A DNA stretch of 64,000 bases, taken from assembly GCA_043803405.1 (NCBI GenBank), contig JAZDKB010000009.1, positions 160,001 through 224,000 on the forward strand, written 5' to 3'. Positions 38,802 through 51,600 of the stretch are shown piece by piece. Within the stretch, counting starts at the first letter, position 1. Every line of letters begins with the position of its first letter. This stretch comes from Spirochaetota bacterium (GTDB taxonomy: Bacteria; Spirochaetota; UBA4802; JAFGDQ01). Below the pieces are notes generated by a model. It ran no database searches. It had not been told where the DNA came from and was given only the letters and a program-made list of their open reading frames with translations. The translations under genes and the position numbers were made by a program.

Positions 38802-40475
38802 TTACATTTTTATTTCCGAGCCTGCAAACGGGCGGGCTTTTACTGCACCGGATAAAGGAGACTCGTGATTATGAGGGGTATCCGGCTTGTAGGTATCGTA
38901 AGCGCTGACAGAAAAAAAATACAGGACAGTATTATCCATTAATGGATAATCGAGAACTCCGATTGAATCTCTTTGCCTGTTCTCTTCAATTACATCATTG
39001 GAAATCTTAACTTCAATATATTTTCTGTTGCTGTTTAAATCATTGGTTATTTTTTTTCCGTTTATATAGCTTATAATGCCGTCGTACCTGCCTGGAACGA
39101 TACCGTAATATATCCTGTACCCGCTTATGTCGTGCTCAACATTCTTGTTCCATCTCAGGGTAACATCCTTATTGCCGGCGTTTACAACCTCAAGGAACTG
39201 CGGGACAGACGGAGGAGTATCCGGCTGATAGTTTAACTCAACATTATACAGATATGGCGAATACTTCCCGTCCGGAGAAGGCACCAGGTACGCCCTCCAC
39301 TGGCAGTATTTCCCCCTGAGATAATTGCCGGAATCTTTCATTAAATAAATGCTTTTCTGATTATTTGCCACCCTGTACCACTTAAGAGCCTCATCATTGC
39401 GGCCGAAAAGGCTGTCGCTTATTCTGAATTCCATCCATATAAAAGTATGTTCTTTTAGCAGTTCGGACCATTTGAATAATGTAACCGATGTGCCTGTTGA
39501 CGGGAGAGTATGAACCGGGCTTGTAATTATTCCCTGATTATTTAAAGGTTGCCTCCCTGCAAGTTCCAGTTTTTTATAATTGATATCCGCTAAATCGTTT
39601 TCCTTTTTCAGATCATCAATGTGCCGGTACGACAATCTGAATTCGTCCATGCAGCCGTAAAAATTTTTTCCGATTACTGCAGCCGGCATATCCGTGCATT
39701 CAAAAGAAGGCTCAAATACATCTTCATAAGGTCTGTAGTTCTCTGTTACATAAACAATGTCTTCTTCAAAACCGTTCAGAAACTTTGCCAGCTTGCCCGA
39801 AATACGGTCAAAGCTTAAAATAAAATGATGCCATTTATTCAGTTCAAGCTCTTTGCCTTTAAGCAGCTTTACATCATGCCTCACGTTATTCGAATCCTTG
39901 AATAAACGGAAAAACTCGACCACTATCCTTCTGTCTTTTATTTTTATCTCGATGCCGTTTTTCTTTCCGGAAAAGTAACCCACTCTGGTGAATAAAACGC
40001 CTTCATTTATAAAGGAAACAGGGTATACTCTGAACTCTATTGTAAACGAACCTGAATCCGAACAGCTCCCTAGCCATAAGTTTTTTGACGTCTCGATCTC
40101 TATATTGTGATCTTTATTATAAAAGCCGGCAGCGCCGCCGCCAAGTGCACCGCTGTTTCGAACAAACCTGTATTCCGCATTTCTTATGATATATTTGCCC
40201 GAATCGTCTCTCTTTAATAAAAACGACTTATCATTAAACGATAAAAGAAGATCCGTGATCATAGGATTGCTTATTCCCCTGTAGGTCAAATCCCTGACCG
40301 AGAACGCTTCTTTATCTGCCGGATCTGTCGTAATTATTGCATTTTGCAATGCAAGGTTGCGGACAGGATTTTCCTTTGACGGGAAAATGACTGCATCCGA
40401 AATATTGCCGTTAGCGGAAAACAATAAAACAAATAACGCAAAGAAAGAAAGTAGGATAATTTTGTAATTTTTCAT
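38802..40475 (-). CDS. Secreted LamG/concanavalin-like plus fibronectin type III domain protein
   Basis: Signal peptide from ATG 40475; FTIEF, KWHHF, FYGCMDEF (LamG); LRWNKNVEHDISGYRIYYG...FSVSAYD (Fn3). Confidence 0.75.
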   Translation of the reverse strand: MKNYKIILLSFFALFVLLFSANGNISDAVIFPSKENPVRNLALQNAIITTDPADKEAFSVRDLTYRGISNPMITDLLLSFNDKSFLLKRDDSGKYIIRNAEYRFVRNSGALGGGAAGFYNKDHNIEIETSKNLWLGSCSDSGSFTIEFRVYPVSFINEGVLFTRVGYFSGKKNGIEIKIKDRRIVVEFFRLFKDSNNVRHDVKLLKGKELELNKWHHFILSFDRISGKLAKFLNGFEEDIVYVTENYRPYEDVFEPSFECTDMPAAVIGKNFYGCMDEFRLSYRHIDDLKKENDLADINYKKLELAGRQPLNNQGIITSPVHTLPSTGTSVTLFKWSELLKEHTFIWMEFRISDSLFGRNDEALKWYRVANNQKSIYLMKDSGNYLRGKYCQWRAYLVPSPDGKYSPYLYNVELNYQPDTPPSVPQFLEVVNAGNKDVTLRWNKNVEHDISGYRIYYGIVPGRYDGIISYINGKKITNDLNSNRKYIEVKISNDVIEENRQRDSIGVLDYPLMDNTVLYFFSVSAYDTYKPDTPHNHESPLSGAVKARPFAGSEIKM

Positions 40476-40895
40476 ATTCTGCTGATTATGGTTATGGTAA
40501 TAATAGAACTTATCTAAAAATATAATTTTATTCAAAAAGCTGATTTTAAATGGCTTGCAGTTTATTTATCGGCATGAACATAGCCAAAAAAAAGGACACT
40601 AGTAGAAAAGAAGAAAAAATATAATAAATATACTTTCCCCTCTTTCTGCACAGAACGCAAACCGGTTTTTATCTTCTATTATTTTCTTGATTATTCTTCT
40701 TTTGTTGATTAAAATATAATATGCTGATTGCTTTTAATATTCATTCTACCTTGTGCAGTAAAAGGTTTATTGAAGGATAACCGGGTTTTCTGTAAACATA
40801 TATAATATCATGTTTGCCGGAGTGTAACTGGTATGGATAAGATCGTAGTATTTAATTATAATAAAACCGATTAAATTCACATTAACCCGTAAAGC

Positions 40896-44648
<3,753 letters not shown>

Positions 44649-44656
44649 TATAAATT

Positions 44657-46042
44657 TTAAAAATTTGCGCTTTTGGGTGTTCTTGGAAACGGAATTACAT
44701 CCCTGATGTTCTGCATACCTGTAATAAACTGCACAGTTCTCTCAAAACCAAGGCCGAATCCGGCGTGAGGAACGCTCCCGAACTTTCTTGTATCAAGGTA
44801 CCACCAGTACTCCTCCGGATTAAGCCCAAGCTCAACCATTCTGCTTTTCAGCACATCAAAATTATCCTCGCGCTCGCTGCCGCCTATTATCTCGCCTATA
44901 CCGGGAACAAGGACATCCATAGCCCTTACTGTTTTGTTGTCCGCATTTACTTTCATGTAAAATGCTTTAATTTGTTTAGGAAAATCGATTACAATTACAG
45001 GCTTCCTGAACTTCTTTTCCGTAAGATATCTTTCGTGCTCGGATTGCATGTCTATTCCCCACTCTACCGGGAACTCGAATTTCGCTCCCGATTTCGTTAA
45101 TATGTCTACCGCTTCCGTGTACGTAATTGTTGTAAACTCTGAATTTACTATGCTCTCCAGATTGGCAATTACGCCTTTCTGAATTCTTTGATCGAAGAAT
45201 TCCATATCCTCCATGCAGTTTTCAAGACAATACTTAAAGATATATTTAAGGAACTCTTCAGCCAGAACAATATCGTCTTCTAGTGTTGCAAAAGCCATCT
45301 CCGGTTCTACCATCCAGAACTCGGACAAATGCCTCGATGTATTCGAGTTCTCGGCGCGGAAGGTTGGCCCGAACGTGTACACATCGCCGAGCGCCGTTGC
45401 AAGGAGTTCGCCTTCCAGCTGCCCGCTTACCGTAAGCGCCGTTTTTTTTCCGAAGAAATCCTCTGAAAAGTCTATAGCTTCCTTGCCTGTTTCCGCGTTT
45501 TTTGCATCGAGCGTTGTTACCCGAAACATCTGGCCGGCGCCTTCACAGTCGTTCCCAGTGATTATCGGTGTGTGTATGTACAGGAATCCGTGCTCCTGAA
45601 AAAATTTATGAATGGCAAACGCTAGCGCGTTGCGCATCCTGAACACGGCGCCGAACGTGTTAGTGCGCGGCCGGAGGTGCGCGATCTCGCGCAGGAACTC
45701 AAACGAATGCCCCTTCTTCTGCAAAGGAAACGTTTCCGCATCCGCTTTTCCGTATATTTGAATATCGATCGCCTGCAGCTCGTACTTCTGGCCCTTGGCA
45801 GGAGAATCGATCAGTCTGCCTGTAATCGCGACGCTTGTTCCAGTAGTCAAATCTGCAAACAAAGCATACCCGGGAGTGTTCTCATCAGCCACTACCTGTA
45901 TGTTACGAAGGCACGACCCATCGTTTATCTCGACAAAGCACAGGCCCTTTGAAACACGCTTTGTCCTTACCCAGCCTTTGACAAGCACGTCAAATCCGGA
46001 CGTATCCGATTTAAGCAGATCGACTATTCTTGAACGCTTCAC
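44657..46042 (-). CDS. asnS: Asparagine--tRNA ligase
   Basis: [47 protein letters not shown]. Confidence 0.96.
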   Translation of the reverse strand: MKRSRIVDLLKSDTSGFDVLVKGWVRTKRVSKGLCFVEINDGSCLRNIQVVADENTPGYALFADLTTGTSVAITGRLIDSPAKGQKYELQAIDIQIYGKADAETFPLQKKGHSFEFLREIAHLRPRTNTFGAVFRMRNALAFAIHKFFQEHGFLYIHTPIITGNDCEGAGQMFRVTTLDAKNAETGKEAIDFSEDFFGKKTALTVSGQLEGELLATALGDVYTFGPTFRAENSNTSRHLSEFWMVEPEMAFATLEDDIVLAEEFLKYIFKYCLENCMEDMEFFDQRIQKGVIANLESIVNSEFTTITYTEAVDILTKSGAKFEFPVEWGIDMQSEHERYLTEKKFRKPVIVIDFPKQIKAFYMKVNADNKTVRAMDVLVPGIGEIIGGSEREDNFDVLKSRMVELGLNPEEYWWYLDTRKFGSVPHAGFGLGFERTVQFITGMQNIRDVIPFPRTPKSANF

Positions 46043-46280
46043 ATTTTACCTCGAAAAATTCAAATTAATACTTAAGGAGCTATACTATTAACAAATAAAC
46101 TTAAATCGTCAAACAATTTTATTTTATATTTTTAGCCCAATATTTTATACTGGAATAAAATAGTTTGTTCTTACAACTCATCTTAAAAATAGCCAGTGCT
46201 CTAAAAATTTAATAGAAATAATATTGCATTCATTTTAAAACCTTGAATTTAACCATTGACATTAATGATTAAATATATTA

Positions 46281-46302
46281 TTATGTCATTATAATGACAT
46301 AA
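46281..46302. promoter_or_regulatory. Perfect 22-bp palindrome, probable TA autorepression operator
   Basis: ttatgtcatta|taatgacataa directly before the antitoxin start; TTGACA at 46256-46261. Confidence 0.75.
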
Positions 46303-46304
46303 AT

Positions 46305-46547
46305 ATGATGGATAAAATATATATGAACTATTTGCAATTTACGGATTTTCGGAATAAATCAAAAGAATATTTCGACAAAGTCGAACACGGCAGCTCTTAT
46401 ATAATTATCAGGAAAGGTAAACCAATTGCGAAAATCATGCCTTTTAATGAAACGATTACCGGCTGGAAGAGAGAAAATAAAAAAATTAAATTAAAAAGCA
46501 ACAAAACATCGCTGGAATATATTTTACAGGAAAGAAATGAAAAATGA
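46305..46547 (+). CDS. Phd/YefM-family antitoxin
   Basis: TDFRNK...YIIIRKGKPIAKIMP; 4-bp overlap with the PIN gene. Confidence 0.85.
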   Translation: MMDKIYMNYLQFTDFRNKSKEYFDKVEHGSSYIIIRKGKPIAKIMPFNETITGWKRENKKIKLKSNKTSLEYILQERNEK

Positions 46548-46972
46548 ATTTCTTTTTTGATACGTCCGCTTTAATAAAAAAATATATAATTGAAAACGGA
46601 TCGGACAAAGTTGATAAACTTCTTAATGAAGCGGAAAATGTATACATCTCGGCAATAACAGAAATTGAAACGTTCTCAACATTTAAAAGACTGCTAATTG
46701 AAAAAGCAATTGATAAGGAAGAATACGAAATATTAAAAAATGAATTTGAAACCGACTTCCAGTATTACAGCATTATAAACTTTGACAAAAGCATATCTTC
46801 GAATGCAAAATCTCTGATAGAAAAATATCAATTAAAAAGCCTTGATTCAATACAATTAGGGACTGCCCTATATCTAAAAGATGAAATTGACTTTTTTGTC
46901 GTATGCGATGAGAAACTAATAAAATCCGGAAAACAGGAAGGATTAAAAGTCATCGATCCAAATAAAAAATAA
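46544..46972 (+). CDS. vapC: PIN-domain VapC toxin
   Basis: FFDTSALIKKY, EIE, LDSIQL and CDEKL acidic PIN residues. Confidence 0.88.
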   Translation: MNFFFDTSALIKKYIIENGSDKVDKLLNEAENVYISAITEIETFSTFKRLLIEKAIDKEEYEILKNEFETDFQYYSIINFDKSISSNAKSLIEKYQLKSLDSIQLGTALYLKDEIDFFVVCDEKLIKSGKQEGLKVIDPNKK

Positions 46973-47003
46973 TTTTCTCATATAGTATTATAATTCTTTA
47001 GAT

Positions 47004-47477
47004 TTATCTCGAAAAAAATCCTGTTAAAGCCGCTTTATCCAGTATGTGCGATTTAATTTCCTTCAATAAATTTCTTTCGGATGTATGTCCCGACAACTTT
47101 ACTTTTTCAATATCCAGAGCATAAACCGTCGCAACATATCCATGCTTTCCGCTTCCTTGGGGAGGCTGCGGCCCGCCGTAACCCTTTTGCCCGAATGAAT
47201 TTGTTAATTCTATTGAGCCTGCCGGCATGCCGGATTTATTCGAACAATTCTCTTCAACCGAAGTTATATTTGATGGAACATTAATAAATATCCAGTGTAC
47301 CCAGTTTGAAGCTATTGGATGAATATCAATAATTGCCAATGCGAAAGATTTAACTCCGCCCGGAATCCCGGACCAGCTAAACTGAGGGGAGATATTCTGC
47401 CCGCCTGGTACCCCGATGTTTGCATACTTTACCGGAACAGATTGATTATCCTGGTACGAGGATGATATCAGTTTCAT
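47004..47477 (-). CDS. YbhB/YbcL (PEBP / Raf kinase inhibitor-like) protein
   Basis: NISPQFSW, WVHW, GYGGPQPPQGSGKHGY; start at ATG 47477 with an AGGAGG RBS. Confidence 0.88.
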   Translation of the reverse strand: MKLISSSYQDNQSVPVKYANIGVPGGQNISPQFSWSGIPGGVKSFALAIIDIHPIASNWVHWIFINVPSNITSVEENCSNKSGMPAGSIELTNSFGQKGYGGPQPPQGSGKHGYVATVYALDIEKVKLSGHTSERNLLKEIKSHILDKAALTGFFSR

Positions 47478-47493
47478 ACTGCCTCCTGAACTA

Positions 47494-48837
47494 TTAAGCC
47501 ATTTTTTTAACCACAACAAGTGTTATATCGTCAACCTGAGTGGACTGATAAGATTTAATGTCATTCATAATATTCTGCACAATATTATTCAGCGGCAGAT
47601 GATAATTCCTTTTAAATGACTCAATAATACGTTTCTCTCCGAACAGTTCATCGCTTGCGGATTTTGCTTCAGAAGCGCCGTCCGTGTAAAGCAAAATCAT
47701 GTCCCCTTTGCTGACAGGAATCTCCTGATCCGTTGTAAAATTTTCAATATCATCGGAGATTCCTATCCATGTTCCGTTTGTCGATATTGTTTCCGGCACC
47801 GGCTCGTTATTTCTTTGGATAATAATGTCCTGATGCAACCCCGCTGTTATTATTTTATCATCACACAATTTAATCACGGTTAATGTCATGTATCTTGTAC
47901 TGTCAAGACGCGCAAGATTCTTTCTTATTGCGGCATTTACGGAAACAAACAACCTTGACGGCATACATCCGGGTGTACGGTTCAGTATTGAAAAAATACT
48001 TGTCTGCGTCATCATCATAATGAGTCCCGAATCTACACCGTGACCGGATACATCGCCTATTGTGACCCACTTATCTCCGAGCTCAGTTTCGAAAAAGTCG
48101 TAATAATCGCCCCCTACTTCGTCAGCAGTTATCATAAGAGCCGATATCTGGTAATTACCGAGAGTGGTGTTTTTAGGAAGAATAGTAGTTTGTATTTTTT
48201 TTGCAAGCTCCATTTCACCCCATAGAGCATCTTTTGCCTCCCGCAACTGGGCCCTGAGATGAAATTCGTCTTTTATCAGCTTATGACGTACATAATTAAT
48301 ACTTACCGCAATTATAACAGTGCCGAACATAAAAAAAAGATTGTTGACGAGATTCGTTAATGCAAACTCCTGAGAGGCGATCACATTCAGTATCACATAT
48401 AAGGCGATCATCATAGTTCCATTTATTGCTGAATGTATAGGCTCCCATGGAAGAAGAAGGTTCACTCCTATTATCACGAGATTCATCCCAGCATAATAAC
48501 TCGAATCGAATCCGCCGAGATCGACGGTCATAATAGCTATTACTCCGCCTACTACAATGGTAACGAGATATCCATGAATGTACGACAACCTGCCGGGACT
48601 GGTTTTTTTTACCATAAAATACTGTAATACAGGGATGGCTGTAGCAACAATTCTGTAAAAAGCAAACCTGGGCAGAAGTTCTTCCGGCATTGTAAAAAAA
48701 TCCAAAATAAAAAAAACCGGAACCAGGGTAAAAGCAAGAGCAGTTAAAGTGATGGACCACTCGTGAATGATCGCGAACAAAAATTTCCTAAAAGGCAGAT
48801 CAACACTTGATATTTTATTTTCTGTTTTCCGGTTCAT
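47494..48837 (-). CDS. Multi-TM sensor fused to a PP2C/SpoIIE phosphatase
   Basis: About 6 TM segments including SSYYAGMNLV; EVGGDYYD, GDVSGHG, LYTDG, DDITL. Confidence 0.9.
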   Translation of the reverse strand: MNRKTENKISSVDLPFRKFLFAIIHEWSITLTALAFTLVPVFFILDFFTMPEELLPRFAFYRIVATAIPVLQYFMVKKTSPGRLSYIHGYLVTIVVGGVIAIMTVDLGGFDSSYYAGMNLVIIGVNLLLPWEPIHSAINGTMMIALYVILNVIASQEFALTNLVNNLFFMFGTVIIAVSINYVRHKLIKDEFHLRAQLREAKDALWGEMELAKKIQTTILPKNTTLGNYQISALMITADEVGGDYYDFFETELGDKWVTIGDVSGHGVDSGLIMMMTQTSIFSILNRTPGCMPSRLFVSVNAAIRKNLARLDSTRYMTLTVIKLCDDKIITAGLHQDIIIQRNNEPVPETISTNGTWIGISDDIENFTTDQEIPVSKGDMILLYTDGASEAKSASDELFGEKRIIESFKRNYHLPLNNIVQNIMNDIKSYQSTQVDDITLVVVKKMA

Positions 48838-48848
48838 ACTACCGTCGC

Positions 48849-50240
48849 TTAAGCTTTTGTCGCAGTAAGAAACATCTGCGAGTTTGTATCTTCGAATATA
48901 ATATTTACATCTTTCGCATCCGTATCTTTTAACAACGACATAAATTCATCCTCTGTCCTGTAGTAAAGAACCCAGTCGTGCCAGTATTCCATGAACCACC
49001 GGCTCCTGTTCCTGAAATGGTAATTCCCGACAAATAATTTTCCACCGGGTTCCAGTAATGAATAAAGTTTTTCCGCGACCGCCTTTGCCACAGGAGGGGT
49101 CAGGTAATCGAACAGACCCATTGAATATATATAATTAAATTTACCCCATTCTTCAGAGAGATCCTTTGTCCGTAGCATAGTCCTGACTGAGTCCTTCAGG
49201 TAAGACACATGTATTTTGTAACCTATTTTTTTCTCAATATCGCGAATGATCTCCGAAGCATCCTTTATGGCTTCATCATCCTGGTCAAGAAGCGTGCAGT
49301 GAAATGATTTCACATCATCCTCGTTTTTAAAAATATCATTCAATTCAAATGCCGGGCCGCAGGCAACGGACATAAATCTGAAAACTCCATTTACTGTTTT
49401 ACGGAATTCATTGTTGACATCCCTGAGTACCTGAGGTATCAGCACGCGCCTGTTCCTTACAGCCTGTGCCGCGGGATGTTCAATTGAAATTTTATATAGA
49501 ATCATTGAAAAGGTATCTGCACCCCTGAACCCGTTTTCATATATCATTTCCATTGTTTCGGAATCGCCTACATAACCTCTCGGCTTCAGGTTGCTTCGCA
49601 GCATGAACGCGGAACAGGCAATAACATCCCATAACTGTTTTCTGAGATAAAAACCGTGTATTTCATGTTCTTCACGGGAATAATTCTTTATTATGGATTC
49701 AAGTTCGGAGATATAATCGGAAAAAAAGTCCATAAACTTTTTCCCTTCAGTGCCGATTATGGTAAGAAATACATGATCCCTGATAGATTTGATTTCTTTA
49801 GCAAGCGATTTGTCCAGTTCGTCAAAAAACTGTTTATAAACTTTCATGTCAAAAGAAACTCTGGATACATAATCTTTAAAAGCATCAGATACCCTCTCTT
49901 TCTGGGAAAGTATCAAATAGAGATCCTTTGAAAGCTTCTCAAGATTTAATAATTCCCTGCTCGCAAAGAGCACATCAAAATTGAAAACATCATTAAGGAA
50001 AATGAGTCTTCCATTTGTCCCTGAAGGATTAGTTTCCAGAATAAACTCGCAGCCTCCCAGATTTAAAGTCCTGTCATCAATTTGTAAGTCAAGGGAGGTA
50101 AATCTTTCTCCATCCCTGATATGCCAGCTGCTGTCAAACCTGATATATATTGAAAATCTGGAAGCATGGTGCAGCGTGCAGGGAATGGAGTACTTATCTG
50201 ATTTTAATGTCCCATTAAAACTGATGCCCTTATTTTCCAT
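48849..50240 (-). CDS. PhcB-like class I SAM methyltransferase (putative signal synthase)
   Basis: 463 aa. KPRGYVGD, AVRNR, SVACGPAFE, SMGLFDYL, PGGKLFVGN, MEYWHDWVLYYR follow the order and length I recall for Ralstonia PhcB. Confidence 0.78.
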   Translation of the reverse strand: MENKGISFNGTLKSDKYSIPCTLHHASRFSIYIRFDSSWHIRDGERFTSLDLQIDDRTLNLGGCEFILETNPSGTNGRLIFLNDVFNFDVLFASRELLNLEKLSKDLYLILSQKERVSDAFKDYVSRVSFDMKVYKQFFDELDKSLAKEIKSIRDHVFLTIIGTEGKKFMDFFSDYISELESIIKNYSREEHEIHGFYLRKQLWDVIACSAFMLRSNLKPRGYVGDSETMEMIYENGFRGADTFSMILYKISIEHPAAQAVRNRRVLIPQVLRDVNNEFRKTVNGVFRFMSVACGPAFELNDIFKNEDDVKSFHCTLLDQDDEAIKDASEIIRDIEKKIGYKIHVSYLKDSVRTMLRTKDLSEEWGKFNYIYSMGLFDYLTPPVAKAVAEKLYSLLEPGGKLFVGNYHFRNRSRWFMEYWHDWVLYYRTEDEFMSLLKDTDAKDVNIIFEDTNSQMFLTATKA

Positions 50241-50241
50241 T

Positions 50242-50616
50242 TTATTCCATACCTTTAATTTGTATTCTGCGATCTTTGGTTTCGAATATTTTTAATGCGG
50301 AAAAACAAAGCTCCTGCCATTTTTTTGATTTTTTATAATTGATGGATATAGAACAGGTTTTATCCTTGGCATTTTCCAGAATTCTAATAAGCGGGGTAAT
50401 TGTTGAAGAATTCATATATTCAAGAGATTCGAAATTCATAACGACTCTTTTATTGAATTTACTGCTGTATTGCAGCGACTCAAGAAGGATGGGCGTAATA
50501 AAATGCCCCGGCTCCCTTTCTGTGCTTTTTCCACTGAACATTATCTCTATCGTTGAAGGTTTTTCCTGGACATCTATTGTCAGCAGATTACTTTTATGAG
50601 TTTCATTATTTTTCAT
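50242..50616 (-). CDS. STAS-like partner-switch protein (SiaC / Slr1659-like)
   Basis: 124 aa with MNFESLEYMNSST phospho-acceptor-like motif and KWQ. Confidence 0.7.
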   Translation of the reverse strand: MKNNETHKSNLLTIDVQEKPSTIEIMFSGKSTEREPGHFITPILLESLQYSSKFNKRVVMNFESLEYMNSSTITPLIRILENAKDKTCSISINYKKSKKWQELCFSALKIFETKDRRIQIKGME

Positions 50617-51120
50617 TTAATCTTTCCTCCTTCTGGACAGATGATAAACTGCTGATACAGATATTACATTGTCATCATTCACATAAAAATCAATCACAGA
50701 CTGCCCTTCGTAAGCAATACGCACTATTCCTAAACCGCTCATATTATCATTTAAAGGCTGAAGGGCAATATCCTTGATTTTTGCTATATAAGCTTCAAAA
50801 GGATTCTGAAATCCGCGAACCCATTGGACAATCCTGTCCAGTCTTTTGAAATGCATATCGTCCTGTTCCCTGACAGGGCTTTTTACTTCCACTGTAATAA
50901 TCCGTTCAGCCGGAGTAACCGAAGCATAAATGTCGGGGCATTTATCTGTAAAGCATCCATACTTAACGGCATTCTCGACAAGTTCGCTAATGGTCATTAT
51001 TATAGCATCTCTTATGACATCATTGCATCCTTTCGATTTTAGAAATTCATCGGCACTGTTCCTGATTATTTCAATATTTTCCCATACAGGTTTAATTTTA
51101 ACTTCAAAGATATCATTCAT
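50617..51120 (-). CDS. Anti-sigma-type Ser/Thr kinase (HATPase_c_2; SiaB / Slr1658-like)
   Basis: ELVENAVKYG N-box and SGLGIVRI G-box; no HisKA domain. Confidence 0.78.
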   Translation of the reverse strand: MNDIFEVKIKPVWENIEIIRNSADEFLKSKGCNDVIRDAIIMTISELVENAVKYGCFTDKCPDIYASVTPAERIITVEVKSPVREQDDMHFKRLDRIVQWVRGFQNPFEAYIAKIKDIALQPLNDNMSGLGIVRIAYEGQSVIDFYVNDDNVISVSAVYHLSRRRKD

Positions 51121-51600
51121 TTGCTGCTCCTGAAATATCAGTATTATGATAATTCATAAACCTAGCAAAATAGAACACAGGCATACGCCTGCGACAGACC
51201 TTCGGTATACATGCTTCATTATGTTTTGAGGCGTTATTGGTGGGTTCTTAGATCTAAAGGCTTTTATCCCTGACACAAATGTCCGGGCATAACGCCATTG
51301 AAATACAAGTATAGCAGGTTACAGAAACAATAATATATTATACATTCCATATCTTACTTAATCAAGAAAAAAAATTAAATATCGCGGCAAAAACAAATTA
51401 GCTATTTATAAAAAAATTGTTTGTATTTTCTGACAGTTGTCACTATACTAATATAGTGACAAATTAAACCTGCAATGTTTTATTTTTTTTCCGCAAGCAC
51501 TTAGAACAAATTATTATTTTAGTACCCACATTCAGCAAAAAGACTTATAAAATAATTTCACCTGCAAATTGAATATTTTAATATTTTAAAGAGGTTAACC

